Shown here: piece by piece, positions 31,331 to 47,629 of the stretch | Layout of the letters: every line of letters starts with the position of its first letter | Position numbering within the stretch: position 1 is the first letter of the stretch | From: the human T2T-CHM13v2.0 reference genome, Homo sapiens | DNA: 64,000 nucleotides | NCBI RefSeq assembly: GCF_009914755.1 | Contig: NC_060940.1 | Strand: one strand, 5' to 3' | Made by a program: the position numbers and the translations under genes | Notes under the pieces: model-generated | Told to the model about the DNA's origin: nothing | Databases searched by the model: none | What the model saw: only the letters and a program-made list of their open reading frames with translations

Positions 31331-33354
31331 GAATCAGAGTATACAAAACCACATGCAATTAAGTTGGAAATCAATGACAAAAGAGAAACATATTTTGCAG
31401 CCTCTAAGACACTGTTATATATATATATATATATCATCATAAGGTGTTAAAACGTGTGTGGCGAGGGGGAAGGCTTATCTTTCCCCTCACTGAAATATGG
31501 TTGTTACCTCAATATGGAGATTTAAAAAATACATTTCTAAATAATTCCTGAGTCAAAGAAGAAATCATAATGGATATTTTAAAATACTTAGAAGGAAATA
31601 TAAAACTCATATACAATGAAAGTTAAGGAAAATTTATAGCTTCAGATGCTCATAACTAAAAAGACTGCACATTCATGAACTAGGTATCTGACAGTTTTTT
31701 CTAACAATAAATAAAAGAATAAACTAGAAGAGAGTAAAGAATATTCCTTTGAAGAAGGTAAGAAATTGCTGCTTGTTTTGGTCTTATGCTTCATGACATA
31801 TACATGCCAATGGCTTCCAGACCTTCACCAGGCAGCAGAATCACTCATGGAACTTTGAAAACTACGACTCCCAGACTTCACTTCAAACTTACTGAACCAG
31901 AATTAGTGCGAGGCCTGCGAATATAAATTATTAACAAACTCCCAGGTGATTCCAATAAACTCAGGGTCGGACAGATTAGGAACTCCTGCCCCAGGAGACT
32001 ACCTTACTACACAAAGAAACATTAAATGATGTTGTTTCAAAACCCAAAAGGGGTTATATGCAGGTCACCAAATACGCTACTACAGAGCCTTTTCTAAAGG
32101 TGATCTAAGAACTAAGGGAAACAGTTACAACACCCATTCTGCGACCACCAAGAGCAGTCTCAAGGGATAACAAATTGATCACCTGGAGAGCCCTCCCTTG
32201 GCATATTCCAGTAAAACTGACCCAGGTCCAAATCCTGCGAGTCCCTAGTCTTGCAGGAAAGCTTATGTGAGAACTTGAAAGGAATAATTCATGGTTTGGG
32301 TAGCGAGCCCTTCTCAGGATAACTCCTCCCCTCTGTTGCTATACCAGCATGACATTTTTACATGTAGGCAGTGTTCCTAAGAACATCTGCAGCAGATGGG
32401 TGGTGTGCCAAACCACAAGACTGCATCAATACACTCCCTTCAAAACATATGGCTGGTTGCCAATATATCATATTGATTTTCCTAATAGACTGCACTTAAA
32501 CTTATCATTTCGCCCACAGTCTGTTGGGTCAAATCTAAATGACCAGATTCAATCACTCTGATGACATTTCAGGATTTGGAAAGGGAGGAGCAAACATAGC
32601 AAAGAACTTATCATAGCCTTGAGACAGTGCTATCACTTCCACATCAATCCAAACCTAGCCACAGCCAGGTCTGTAACCCTGCCAGGGCTGCCATGTTCTT
32701 TCAGGACAGGATGCCTTTGCAGCAGCTATTCCCTCTGCTTAGACTGTTCTCTCCCTTGTTGCTTGTCAAAGCCCTAGTTGTCCTACCTAATCAGCATCTT
32801 TCCAATGGTTTCCCCCAACCTCCCCAACATGAAGATGCACACAACACCCTCCCAGCAGCATTGTATGCTCCTCCTCCTTGCTCTCAGTACACCCTACACA
32901 GATCCTTTCACAAGACTCACTACCTCATTTTTCTAGACAGAAGCCCAAATAATGAACTCTAGCTCTCTATTTCTCTATGATCTTGCACAAAGAAGGGTCT
33001 CAACCTCTCAAACTCTTGGTCTTCTCATCTACAAAACAGGGATTATAATTGTACTTCATAGGGTTGTTGAAGAATACATGGGATTATGCACAGGAAGCAC
33101 TTAACACAATGCCTGGTGTGGCAGATCCCCACTGAAGAGTAGCTATTATTTATATTTGTTGAATAAGTGATCAGAGAGACGAGGGTCAAAGCCTATAGAA
33201 GGCCTCAAATCTGGAAAGGGAGAGATAGGTGAGCACACCAAGGGAACTTCACCAGGACTCACGCGAGGCAAGCGTTGGCTCTGGCTTCCATTACAAGTGG
33301 TGTTTCAGAGTACACGGTCAGAGAGAAATCTGAGTTGTGTGAGTGCTGACTAAC

Positions 33355-33488
33355 CTCTTATGCTTCACAGCTCCTGCCAACAGCTTCGCCTGGGAGAACT
33401 TGTTCTTGGTTTCTATAGGCTTCACAGTCAGTTTCTTTTCCACTTCCTTCTTGTTCTCTTGAGAAATTCCAACCTTCTTGAGGTTATT
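33355..33488 (-). CDS. PSME3IP1: PSME3IP1 coding exon 5 ([44 protein letters not shown])
   Basis: U12-type acceptor (CCCTTAAC...CAC|) and |gttagt donor; 134 nt. Confidence 0.95.
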
Positions 33489-34081
33489 GTGAGTTACCAG
33501 TTAAGGGTCAAACTAAGCAAAAGGGAAGACAACAAATATAACCCACTAGCCCTTCGGCTGTGCGATGTAATGTCTGGCCTACTTATTTAAATAAATGCCC
33601 CACCCTTCTTTATTCTGCCAGTCAAATCCAGCCAATTCAAAGATAAATGAAAGAGACCATGGAGGAAGACAGCATATAAAGCCCAAAATAATACAGATAA
33701 GCAACCTTTTCCTCTGATTCTCAATGAAAATCTGAGCATAGCCACAAAACCCACTATTACCAAGGACATGGCCAATATTATGCTTGATGAGGAAAACAGA
33801 TCTTAAGGAATATAAAGAAAACAGAAAAAAAAATGTGGCTTCCCTGAAAACATGCTTCCCCCTTCAAGGGTTAAATCAAATTTTGCAGAATGTTGTTCTG
33901 ACTATCAGTGGCAATTAATCTTAGACATCACGAAGACTAACTCCTGCTCCACTGGTGCAAGGAAACATCAGAATCACCCCAAGGCTCATTAAACATGTCA
34001 AGTCCCTCCCTGCCCCAAACCTACTGAATGAGACCTCTAGAGGCCCGGGAGTTTGTTTTAAACACTCTCTGAAGGTGATTT

Positions 34082-34116
34082 TACACTTGATCTTAGCCAA
34101 AAGGCCAAGAAACAAT
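34082..34116 (-). pseudogene. 3'-truncated U2 snRNA retro-pseudogene (U2 nt 1-35)
   Basis: Minus strand reads ATTGTTTCTTGGCCTTTTGGCTAAGATCAAGTGTA vs U2 ATCGCTTCTCGGCCTTTTGGCTAAGATCAAGTGTA (32/35); 12-bp direct repeats aaggtgatttta at 34072-34083 and 34119-34130. Confidence 0.9.
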
Positions 34117-34781
34117 CAAAGGTGATTTTAATGAGAAATCCTGTGCATATATACAAGAACTGAAAAGCTATTTTTAAAAGCATGACCAGTTCGCTTGTAA
34201 CATCAGTTTTTCGTTCTTGATGCCAATCTCTGGCTCTCAACTTTTTACTCTTTTGAAGTGAAGAAAGGCCCCATATTTTTGTCGGGGAGGTCACTTTCAC
34301 TTGTTCCCTCCACCAGCCCTCCCTCCTCTCCCTCCACTTCTCCCTCCGTTTTATGCTCTCTCTTGAAACGTCTTAGACAACAGATAAGTATTCTGACACA
34401 GTGCAAGTCCTTATTTAAGATGCACTAGTGCCTGGAACAATAGTGACATCTAGTGCCCAGGAAATCTAAGAAGCATGAATTATCAGCCCAAAAAGGTGGG
34501 TGGAAGTAGAGGATGTATGGTTAAGGTTATTTATCTACGTGTCTTTGAACAATGGAGAAAATCCTAAGATTTTCCAGAAATCCTAAGATTCTAATTCTAA
34601 TCACTCTCCAGGCAACTAACTCTGTTCTTATGGGCACAAGTTACCTTAAATATTTGCAGTATGCAATGGAAATTAGATATAATGCTTAGTACTATTATGA
34701 GTTTAATGAATTTAATGTTTTTAGGGTCATCATGGAAATAGATAATGTTAATACTCATTTTTATTTAAAAAAAAATAGATT

Positions 34782-35103
<322 letters not shown>

Positions 35104-36286
35104 CTAGGAGAGAATGCCAAAAAAAAATTAGCATGTTGTGATTTTTTATCTGCAACTCCATCATTAGGAGACAGAAGTTCTCAAAACTCTCAATATTAAA
35201 TATTAAAAAAAAACAAAAATGGAAAAAAAACACAACAAAAGCATGTATATATTTATACATTATTTATACCACGACATAGACAAAACCCAACATTTAACTT
35301 TTTATTCTTTTGAAATGAAGAAAAGTCCTAACCTTTTAGGGGTAGGGGGTGTTAATAATCTTATTTTTGATCCGCAAAGTACAAGCAATTTTTCCTTCTT
35401 AAGCCCCTCTTCTCCCAAAATGCTTTAAAAACACAAACACACCTCAAAAATCTCAAGAAATTCATTAGATCAGCATTCTCTTAAAATTGCACCGTTTTTT
35501 AACATACACAATACTGCTAAATACTGGTTTAACCTGAGACGAAACAAGAGTTCTGTTATTTACATGGTTTAAACCACAGCTTATTTGTATTCAGAAGTAT
35601 CCTATTATACAACATATCATATAGTAATCAAGCAAAGCCTAGAAACAGTTCCTAACTTAGAGCTTCAATAAACAAATGTCTAATCCTTCAATTCCTATCT
35701 CAACATGTCTCTGGCTACTTGCATGCTTGGGATTAGTGTATTAGATGTCAGTGACTTGGAAGGCCTGCTTTTCTTCAGTTTTTCTAGACAGAACTTTCCA
35801 AGTTTCCAGTTAAAGCCCTTATCCCTGGAGCCTCATTATACTGCAATGTTACCAGGACACAAAGGTTTCTTTTGTCTCACTGCTGCCCTGTTCATTCTTT
35901 CCTTTTAATTGAAAACCAAAGGGCATCTCACACTCAACAGCACTTCTCCCCAGATGCTACTTTGGGGGACACTATATGTCTTATTTGCTAGTCTACCAAA
36001 ATAAAACATAATATCATTCAAGTGAGAAGTGTAATGAATGTATTTCCTTAGAGGAAAAAGCTTGGTGTCTGAAACAACACAATATGGGTATCTGCCTATC
36101 TCTACAAACGAACACATATTATTTTGGGGTCATCAGGGTCAGGGAAGGGGGAGTTCAGAATAATCAGCCTCAATCCTACAGTTGAGATTGAGGTATAACT
36201 TCCCATGAGCTTCCATCTCCATGTTGCACCTGAATGCCAGTAACAGAACTGGGACTGGAAGCCAGGTCTTTTCCTACCAGTTCTGA

Positions 36287-36646
<360 letters not shown>

Positions 36647-36743
36647 TCCCACGTAACTCTTAAAATGGAATGTGCTGCACATTCTCTGCAAGAAAATACC
36701 AACTAGTACATATACACAGTAATGTCGTCCATCTTAGACGTGA
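36647..36743 (-). repeat. Non-Alu inverted-duplication arm B (partner at 30926-31021)
   Basis: Shares the core GACATTACTGTGTRTATGTACTAGTTGGTATTTTCTTGCAG with arm A. Confidence 0.9.
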
Positions 36744-36962
36744 AGCCTGTTGGATTACACCAGTGATGTTACTCAACATATAAGCTTGAAATATCCAAAT
36801 AAGCTTCCTCACATGAAGATAAATGGTCCTATTAATATCTCCTATGAATCATTTATTAATTTATTCACATATTTACTGAGAATCTACTATATGCCAGGCA
36901 CTGGAGAAATCAGAAGTGACCAAGTCAGATAGTCTTTTTTCTTATGGAGCTCATTTACTTTA

Positions 36963-37395
<433 letters not shown>

Positions 37396-38514
37396 CTAAA
37401 AGGGAGAGCTGAGCAGAGGGCTGAGCTGTGAAATGCGTCTTGCAAAATCTGAGGGCAGAACATTTTGGGCTGAGGAAACAGCAAGTCTGAGGCCCTGAGA
37501 TTGACTCAGAAAGCATGGTGAAAGAGAACATAAAGAAGGCCAGCAGGCTGCAGTACAGTCAACATGAGAAAGAGTGGCTTCAAGATGCAAGAAGGAGGCG
37601 GGTTGGCCTAAATAATGTAGAACCTTCTACGGCCTGATACAGAGTAAGACTTTAGTCTAAATGTAAGGGGAACCCACTAGACTGTTTCAAATAGAAAAGT
37701 GACATGATGCCATGTATGGTTTTTAAAGTTCCCTTTCTTGTCTAAGGAATAGATTATTGAGGATGAGAGCAGAAACAAACCAATTAGATGGTCACAGGAG
37801 TCGAGAAGAAAGTCTACTACTACTACAGTAGCAGTAGATACCAACAATTCAAGAGATTTGGAGTACGTTTTGGAAACAGTTCTTGGCCCAGGCACCTGGA
37901 GGCATAGGACTACCAGTTACTGGGACTGGGAGGACCAGAAAAAGAAGAGACTTTGGGGAAGGGCAGTGTGATGAGAGTGGGGGTGATGTGGCACAGTATT
38001 GAGAATTTTGATTCAGCCAAGTTTCATTTGGGATGTCTATGAAGACATTCAAGTGGATGACCAAAAGGCAACACTGATCTAGAGCAAAGTCATCTTTGCT
38101 GCTTTCTCAGCCCTTCTATCAGGACAGGGCATGCTATACCACTAGAGAACATCTTACTAAGAATATAGGAAAGTTGCTAAACATGTTCTTTTAAAACTCA
38201 GAGCCCAATTTCTCCCCTGGATGAAGCTGACTGCACTGCCCACCTGTGTCAGAATCTAATCCCAGTACTAGTAGGATTGATGCCTTGAGTTAACCCTAAG
38301 AAGGATGTGGACTTTTGACTATAACACTCTTGCACACAACACAAACTCCACAAACCACTACCAGCTTTTCAGAATTACAGGAATATCAGTGTTCAAAGGG
38401 ACTTGAGAGATCACCAGGTAGAAAACCCTCTTTCTGTTGATGAGGAGACAACATCCATAGATGCTGATGAGAAAATGGACACCTTACAGGTTTTCCTCCA
38501 AGTACAAAGGATAT

Positions 38515-38636
38515 TCTGTATTCCTTCAGTTCTTTCAGTTCTTCTTCTCTTCGTTGCTTTTCTATTAGTTCCTGCTGTCGAGAAACCTCATCAAGGAAGT
38601 TGGTCTCATCTTCATCTAAGCCTCTTACCATGTTTT
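38515..38636 (-). CDS. PSME3IP1: PSME3IP1 coding exon 4 ([41 protein letters not shown])
   Basis: tttcctcag| acceptor; ends at the ATATCCTTT donor; 122 nt; FAM192A/Fyv6-like N-terminal domain motif RGLDEDE. Confidence 0.96.
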
Positions 38637-39039
38637 CTGAGGAAATAATTAAACAAGGCACACTTAGCAGGCTAAAGGGAAAAATAAGATTTTTCCTTTC
38701 CCCTTTTTAAATAAGCAGCAGATTCTTCAGGGGATTAAAAAAAAAAGAACTGGTAAATACCATGGCGTTTGAATAGATAACAGGGCATAAAAAAAAACAA
38801 GGCATTTTTTCCCATTACTAAATATTACCATAGAATTAAAATGGGTGTTTTGAGCTCTAAACAAAAATATTCAATGTGGTCTAGAAGGCTGAAGGCTGTC
38901 TCTTTTCCACCAAATAAGCATCCGGAGACTCGAAAATCAAGACAATTCCACGGCTAGTTAGGAAAAGTGCTGCACAAGGCAAAAGTGCGTCAAAAGTACC
39001 CCACAGAGCCCCTTGAACTCTCTGTTTTCTGAAGCTTAC

Positions 39040-39138
39040 TGAATTTGAACTGTTCCTCGTACTCCTGCTGCTTCCTGTCCTTCTGTTCCTGTAGCCTTTC
39101 ATATAGAGATCGAGGGTCATAAACCTCCTCTGGACATT
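39040..39138 (-). CDS. PSME3IP1: PSME3IP1 coding exon 3 ([33 protein letters not shown])
   Basis: cctttcag| and |gtaagc; 99 nt, phase 1-1; DPRSLYERL motif. Confidence 0.96.
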
Positions 39139-39583
39139 CTGAAAGGAAAAGGAGAGGGGAGAGAGGTGGACGGGGAGGAGATATACACTTCAGATTGTTT
39201 TCATATTATTTTGGAATCACAAAAGGTTTTAAAGACAAAGTCAAGTCTCTGCATGATCTGAGGGTGTGGATAACACAAAAATAGTACAAAGTCCAGTTTC
39301 CCTTTGGACCTCAGAGAGGGGCCACCAGTTCTCAAAGCCAACTATCAATGTCAATAGCGCCCATGGCCTGAGACAGTTAACTGATTGAGGGGCCAGCCCA
39401 AACCCTCCACAGCAGCAGTGTTCTCAGTTGTTCAGACCATGGATCCACCTGTATAGATGGAGGAGAGGAGCAGAATCTCTTGGAAGGAAGTGTGGTAGGC
39501 AGAAAAGAAGCAGGATGTGAGTATGCTGGCTCTGCTCCCAGCTGTGCAGGACCTTACATAGGTGACTTCGCCCCTGAGTCTCA

Positions 39584-39958
<375 letters not shown>

Positions 39959-39991
39959 TTAAAGACCATTATACTGACTGTCACAGTATAC

Positions 39992-40118
39992 CTTCTGGAT
40001 CTTCAGGTTTTCGAACTTTCTCCCATTCTTCTTGCCTCCTTTTGCGCCGTTCATCTAGTTCTGCCTCAGACACAAACCTCTTTTTGATAATAAGGTTACC
40101 ATCATCCCCTCCATCCAT
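39992..40118 (-). CDS. PSME3IP1: PSME3IP1 first coding exon ([42 protein letters not shown]); exon extends to 40133 with 15 nt of 5'UTR
   Basis: tttgtag| acceptor at 40135-40134, ATG at 40118-40116, |gtatac donor; six exons sum to 765 nt = 254 aa + stop. Confidence 0.96.
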
Positions 40119-40277
40119 AATGAAACAACCAATCTACAAAACAAAAACAAAAACAAAAAAAATCATTTCAAGTGAGAACTGCAATTAAAATTCTAAAGAG
40201 AAACAAGGAGATTTAGCTCCATCTCACCCAGCAACAAACTAAAAATTATCTTCCAACTTTGAATTGAAAAAATTCTC

Positions 40278-40575
<298 letters not shown>

Positions 40576-41219
40576 TCAAATAGTTTAATTTATAGGCCAT
40601 TGATGAAAGCACATGAATACATTTTTCCTGACATATCAGAGAATTTTTATTAACATCGATGTTATCTACACAGTTGGCAAGAGGACCTGGGATAATTCTT
40701 ATTACCTGGTGTTCCATAGTAAATCTCATATTGCAGCTATTTCTCTGTCCCTCTAATCTAGAAAAATTGGCCTCCTGAGCATCCCATCCTTTTCCCAGCT
40801 CTCATCCTCCTTTATTTCTGTAACATCTGACATTGTTTCTTCTTGAAATTCCTGTTTCTGAGACATTACACTATCTTGATTCACCTGCTCTTGCCTCCAA
40901 GTAGATTAAGATGGAGAATCTCAGCTATTGAAGACTTAGTGTTCAAGTCCAGTCTGTATAGCAGGGAAGGTGCACAAACCATGAATGGAGAAAGTGAGAC
41001 TGGAAGAACAGATCTCCCAACTTCAGTTCCACGTACTTTCCTGAATACTAATCTGACTCTTCATTTATATCTCTTCTGACCTTCCTCCCTGTAAACCCCT
41101 TGTCTGTGCCATTTAAGATTTGAACTTCAATCCTTCTCTTTTCTCACTCCCACAATCACCTCAACCATTTTATGCATATTTTGACACAGAAGATTACCGA
41201 ATCTGTTATTTCTACCTGA

Positions 41220-41577
<358 letters not shown>

Positions 41578-43125
41578 ATATTACTCCTTTTAAACTAAAC
41601 CTCTGTTTTTCTTTATTGGTTTCTTTCCTTTTGAGTAACTGTGGAATTAACCCCTACCCAGACATGTTATTCACAGCACTATGTGCTAACAAGGAGGCAC
41701 ATATTCAATCCAATGTCCATTCCAAGATAACCACTAACAACAAAAACAGTAAGTTTCCACGCTACCACAAAAATAAAGCAGCTAACAGTTAATGAGCTCT
41801 TACCATGTATTATATTCCTTTTATGGATATTATCTAATTTACATGATCATTGACCCTATGAGAAATATTATCTGTTTACAGATGAAGTTGAGGTCCAGAG
41901 GAGTTAGATTATTTGTCTAAGGTGATACAGGTGGTGAATGGTAGAGCTGAGAACCAAATCCAGGCCTGATATCAAAAATGCATACTCTTACCAACTTTAC
42001 CATACTCCTCCCCAGAAAACACTAAATCTTAGTTGAAAACAAAAGACATGTCGACTTCAGCTTTCTTCCTACTTCAAATTCCAGTGCTGAGAATATTCAT
42101 GCAACATTTTTATTTAGTAAAGCTAGAAATGGAAGCTGAAAAAACAAACCCAAACGTTCAGAACAAGAGAATAGTCTCAGCCTGAATACTACTGTTGCTG
42201 AGGTTTAGTTTAATGTAACAATAAGAGCGAATTGTGAAAATTACTAGAAAGAAATGAAATCAACTGACAGACGCTGTTGCTCCCACCTAAAGCCCACAAC
42301 CTGGACACTTCTGATTTAGCAGCACTCAATGACTCCAGCCAGAGGCTCATTACTGAAGCAGAACTGTTCAGTCTCTGTGAAAATGCCAAAAATTCCTCAA
42401 GTTCTACAGAACAACCTCTTATGAAACCAGAGCCAACAATTTCTTAAATGTCTCTGGCAGAGAAAACGTGAACTTTCTAGGGCTCTAATGGTTGGGAGAG
42501 ACATTCCGAACCCTCAATTTCCCCCTTTCTTATCCCCTATTAACCGTGTCTCCTTTCTCATCCTGTATTAATCATCTGGTTTCTTTCCATCACCCATTTT
42601 TCCTAGTAAATAATTCAGGGTGGGATAGTCCTTATAGCCCACCTAATATGATAATCCACTCGACATCTGAATTTACCATACACACCCAGGAGAAGGTCAT
42701 CCAACTCATATATTAAAACTTCAAGAGGGACCACTGCATTCCCTTCCTAGGCAGCCAACTCCCTCTCTAAGCAGATTTGACTGTTAGGATAGTTCTTCCT
42801 TAAACTGAACTGAAATCTGTTTTACTATAAATTCAATACATAGGTTCAATCCACTGGGACTATACAAAAAGAATCAAATCTTTTCTAACATGACCATACT
42901 TCAGTTGTTTGAAGACAATTCCCATGTTCCTCCTAATTTGTTGCTTTTCTGAGCCAAACATTCCTAGTTACTTTAATTTTATAAGATGGAGAAAAATAAT
43001 CATGTCTGAAGGAAATGAATTTATCAGATTAGATATGATTTAAACCTGGGAAATAAATACTAGGATACGGCAATGCCATTGGTGTCCCAGTAAATGTCTC
43101 TCTTCATTCTTGTTATATATATATA

Positions 43126-43755
<630 letters not shown>

Positions 43756-43993
43756 TACAATCTTTTATACACAGGGACAAAACCAGAAATCAGTTGGTTA
43801 ATGAAAATAAGAAATAAAGTAAATGCATATTTAAAAAAAAAATTTAAAGGCAAGCGTTGCAGGGGAAAGAAAAATACAAGAAATGTATTTCTCATCAGCT
43901 CTCAGTGGGTTGGTGTCCTGAAAACACAGTCACACTGTCAAAACTAATGCACACTTACAAAAGTCTGCTCTTTAAAACTAATATCTTAATTCA

Positions 43994-44270
43994 GGCTGGG
44001 CATGGTGGCTCATGCCTATAATCCCAACACTTTGGGAGGCCAAGGCAGGAGGACCAGCCTGGGCAACAAAGTGAGACCCCCCATCTCTACAAAAAATTTA
44101 AAAAACTAGCCAGGCATGGTGATGTGTGCCTGTAGTCCCAGCTACTCACAGGCTGAGGTGGGAGGATCATTTACTCCAGGAGGCTAAGGCTGCAGTGACC
44201 CATGATCGCACCACTGCGCTCTAGCCTGGGCAACAGAGTGAGACCCTGTCTCAATAAATAAATTAATTAA
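43994..44270 (+). mobile_element. AluJ with an internal left-arm (B-box) deletion
   Basis: ggcaggagga joined directly to ccagcctgggcaac. Confidence 0.85.
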
Positions 44271-46472
44271 TTAGTAATAAAACTAATATCATAATTCTGG
44301 CATTCCCTTGATCCCCAAATAAAGAAAATAAGCCAAGTTAGATGGACACACATAGTAATAAATTTCTGTAAGTTTAAAAAGACTAGACTAAAACATAGAC
44401 TGCTTTATGCATCTTTTTTCAAATTAGCATTTTCTTCTGTAGGTCTTCATTCTCTGCATGGCTTTGCTCAGGCTGTTCCCTCTGCCAGGAATGCCCTTGC
44501 TTTCTTTTCACCCGATGCAAACTGCTGCTCCAACCGCCCAGAATCAGACTAAAGACCATCTCCTTTATGAAGCTTTCCAAGACCTCCTAGAGTAGTTAAT
44601 ATGTATTTCCTTCCTTTGTGTTCCTGCTATGATCATTCATAACTCTACTACAGCCCTTATTCTTTGTGTTTTATCATCTGTGACTGTTCCAACAGCTCTT
44701 TGTCTCCACAGTGCTTATTATTATTAGCACAGTGTCTGGCATATATTAGGTATTCAAATACTTACTGAATAAACCAACCACGAGGAGCTGAAGAATCTGA
44801 GCAGGGAGGAATGAACTCACATGAATATTCCTAGGTACTGTGCAATGTAAGTTATAGAGATTGGTAGCCATCAAGCAAGTATTTGCTGAAGTGTCAGTAT
44901 CATGGGAATTCTATTCAAACGCCATACAATTTGTGCAGTAAGAAACAAAGGACTAAAAATTAAATCTCTTTACTATATTATATAATTGATGTCATCTTTC
45001 AAAAATAACTGCTACTTTCCGTTAATTTCAACTGATTAAAAATGGTCACTTATCCTGCGAAAGCAGTACTTGATGGAGACAGCGTTTTTGTTTGAAGAGT
45101 CCAATGGCTGTTTATTCTGCAAGAAAGAGGTGATAAGTACCTGTAACTTACTGACCTGCTGGAAGTAGACAAAGAAGCTAGAAAATTAGATTGTGTTGAC
45201 TTCTAATTCCTATTGTCTAGGTAAATTTTCACAAGTCTCTTCTTTTTCCCTTTTGTTTGCTAGGGTAATTAAAAACAAATCAAAAGACAAACAGCCCAGG
45301 GATATCAGGGATACGGGCTCTAACTGTGAAGAGCCCTGTAGGAATGCAGAGGACTTACATTAGGAATGCTTACTTTGTCCTTACTGTGTTCCACTTTAGA
45401 AAGAGTAAACAAATGCTGTCAGCTTTCCTTTACTCACATGTTTTCCAAAGTGACTCAAGTTTAATTATCAAACTAAACATTACATTATTTTTTAAAGGAT
45501 TTATTCAATTTCTTCAAATAGGGAATTCATGGAAAACTAAAACCATTTCAAAATTCACTTTGTCCACCAAACTTAGAGTCCAAATTGGCACAAATAAAGA
45601 ACGTGGTTTTCAAATCTGCCTGACCGTCAAGAAAACAAAGTTCTTATATTTCAAGCCAAAGTAACTGGTAACACTGAACTACTGGGTTTACATTGGAGAC
45701 CGTCCCATTTAATTTCCAGGGTGGTGGGACAAAATGGGCTCAGTTCTTACATAGCACACTACACATGTTTTAAAATACAAAACTTACATTGTTGCTCCCC
45801 AAATAATTGCTATTCCTAACTTGAAAAATGACTCCATTTAGCTAGTGCCATGACACAAAGTAATGAGATCTGGTTTCCTATGGAATTGAATTATGTGATG
45901 GCAAACTACTTGAGTGTTTACATCACTGGCCACCATATCCTTCTAATTCTAAAATTAATTAGATTGTACATGTTAAAACACACCAGAATCAGGTTTCTGT
46001 GTTCTGTTGTTTTAAGGCTTCACTTTCAGTAGCAAAAGCAATAGGTCAATCCATTTCCTTTTGTGAGTAAATATAGATTATTGCTTTCCAACATTTTTTA
46101 CTCTGATGTTCAAGTCACATTGTACTTCAAAATGCAGGACAGCAACTAAGAGGAATTTGCCATCTGGCTAACTCATCTATATTTCAAATAAAGACTTATT
46201 TCTGGCCAGAAGGCACTTCTACCAAGATACAGTTATTTAGATTTTTAAAAATTTAGCTGACTTTTCCTATATCATAAAATTTATTTAGAGAACAACAACT
46301 ACTAACAGAGAGCCCGCTGTTAGTATTTATTACTAGGCAAAGTGAAGTCAATCTTCTAACACCAAAGCTTAATTAACATATTCCGGTAGCAAAGGAGACT
46401 AAAAGAATCTAAAAACTAAACCACAGAAAAAGAAATTTAATCCATATTTTAAATGTTTATCATAAGGAGCAA

Positions 46473-46576
46473 TTTGCAATAACCTTTCAGGCATCTATGA
46501 AACACATACAATAAAAAATTCAGCTTTGCAATAATCTTTCAGGCATCTATGAAACACATACAATAAGAAATTCAGC
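46473..46576. repeat. 2 x 52-bp tandem duplication (2 mismatches)
   Basis: tttgcaataa(c/t)ctttcaggcatctatgaaacacatacaataa(a/g)aaattcagc twice. Confidence 0.93.
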
Positions 46577-47320
46577 CAGGCATGGTGGCTCACACCTGTA
46601 ATCCTAGCACTTTGGGAGGCTGAGGCAGGAGGATCGCTTGAGGTCAGGAGTTCAAGACCAGCCTGGCCAACAGGGTGAAACCCCATTTCTACTAAAAATA
46701 CAAAAATTAGCTGGCTGTGGTGACATGTGCCTGTAATGCCAGCTACCTGGGAGGCTGAGGCAGGAGAATCGCTTGAACCCAGGAGGCGAAGGTTGCAGTG
46801 AACTGAGATTTCACGCCGCTGCACTCCAGCCTGGGCAATAGAGCAAGACTCCGTCTCAGAAAAAGAAAAAAAAAAAAGAAAAGAAATTAAGGCCTGGTGC
46901 ACTAGCTCACACCTGCAATCTGAGCACTTTGGGAGGCCAAGGCAGGATTGTTTGAGCCCAGGAGTTCAAGACCTGCCTGGGCAAGATGGTGAGACCCCAA
47001 CTCTATTAAAAACAAACAAACAAACAAACAGACAAACAGGCTAGGCACAGTGGCTCATGCCTGCAGTCCCAAAGCTGTGGGAGGCCAAGCTGGGAGCATC
47101 ACTTAAGGCCAGGAATTTAAGACCAGCCTGGGCAACACAGTGAGACTCTCTCTCTACAAAAATATTTAAAAATTAGCCAGGTGTGATGGTGCACTACTTA
47201 GGAGGCTGAAGTGGGAGGAAGGCTTCAGCCAAGGAGTTCCAGGCTACAGTGAGCTATGAGGGCCATTGCACTACAGCCTGGGCAACAGCACAAGACCTTG
47301 CCTGGCGAGGGGGAAAAAAA
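46574..47320 (+). mobile_element. Tandem Alu cluster (AluS, left monomer/FLAM, AluJ)
   Basis: Three consecutive Alu 5' ends near 46574, 46891 and 47039. Confidence 0.85.
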
Positions 47321-47629
47321 AGAAGTTAAAAAAAAAGTATTGATTTATTTATCTTTCCATAGCACAAGGGCAGGGTCTCAAATGTGCATTTATCTTGAAT
47401 TCACCTATACACACTAGAAGAAAGATAACTAATTTAAATATCGGTTCCCTTAGCTGATCCTCATTCACATGCACCTCTCTGAATATAAATACTTCCCTCA
47501 CTATGCATGAATGATTGTATTCATTGTATTTTTTACATATTGTGACTCCTAAATACAAACCAACAACTTCATCTGGGGCTCACAGGAAGAAAAACAGCAG
47601 TTTTTTCCAAAGCCGAAATAAAACTTGCC

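Noticed and set aside
34082-34116. Functional U2 snRNA gene
   Set aside because: Only 35 of about 190 nt, no Sm site, no PSE or 3' box seen, flanked by TSDs
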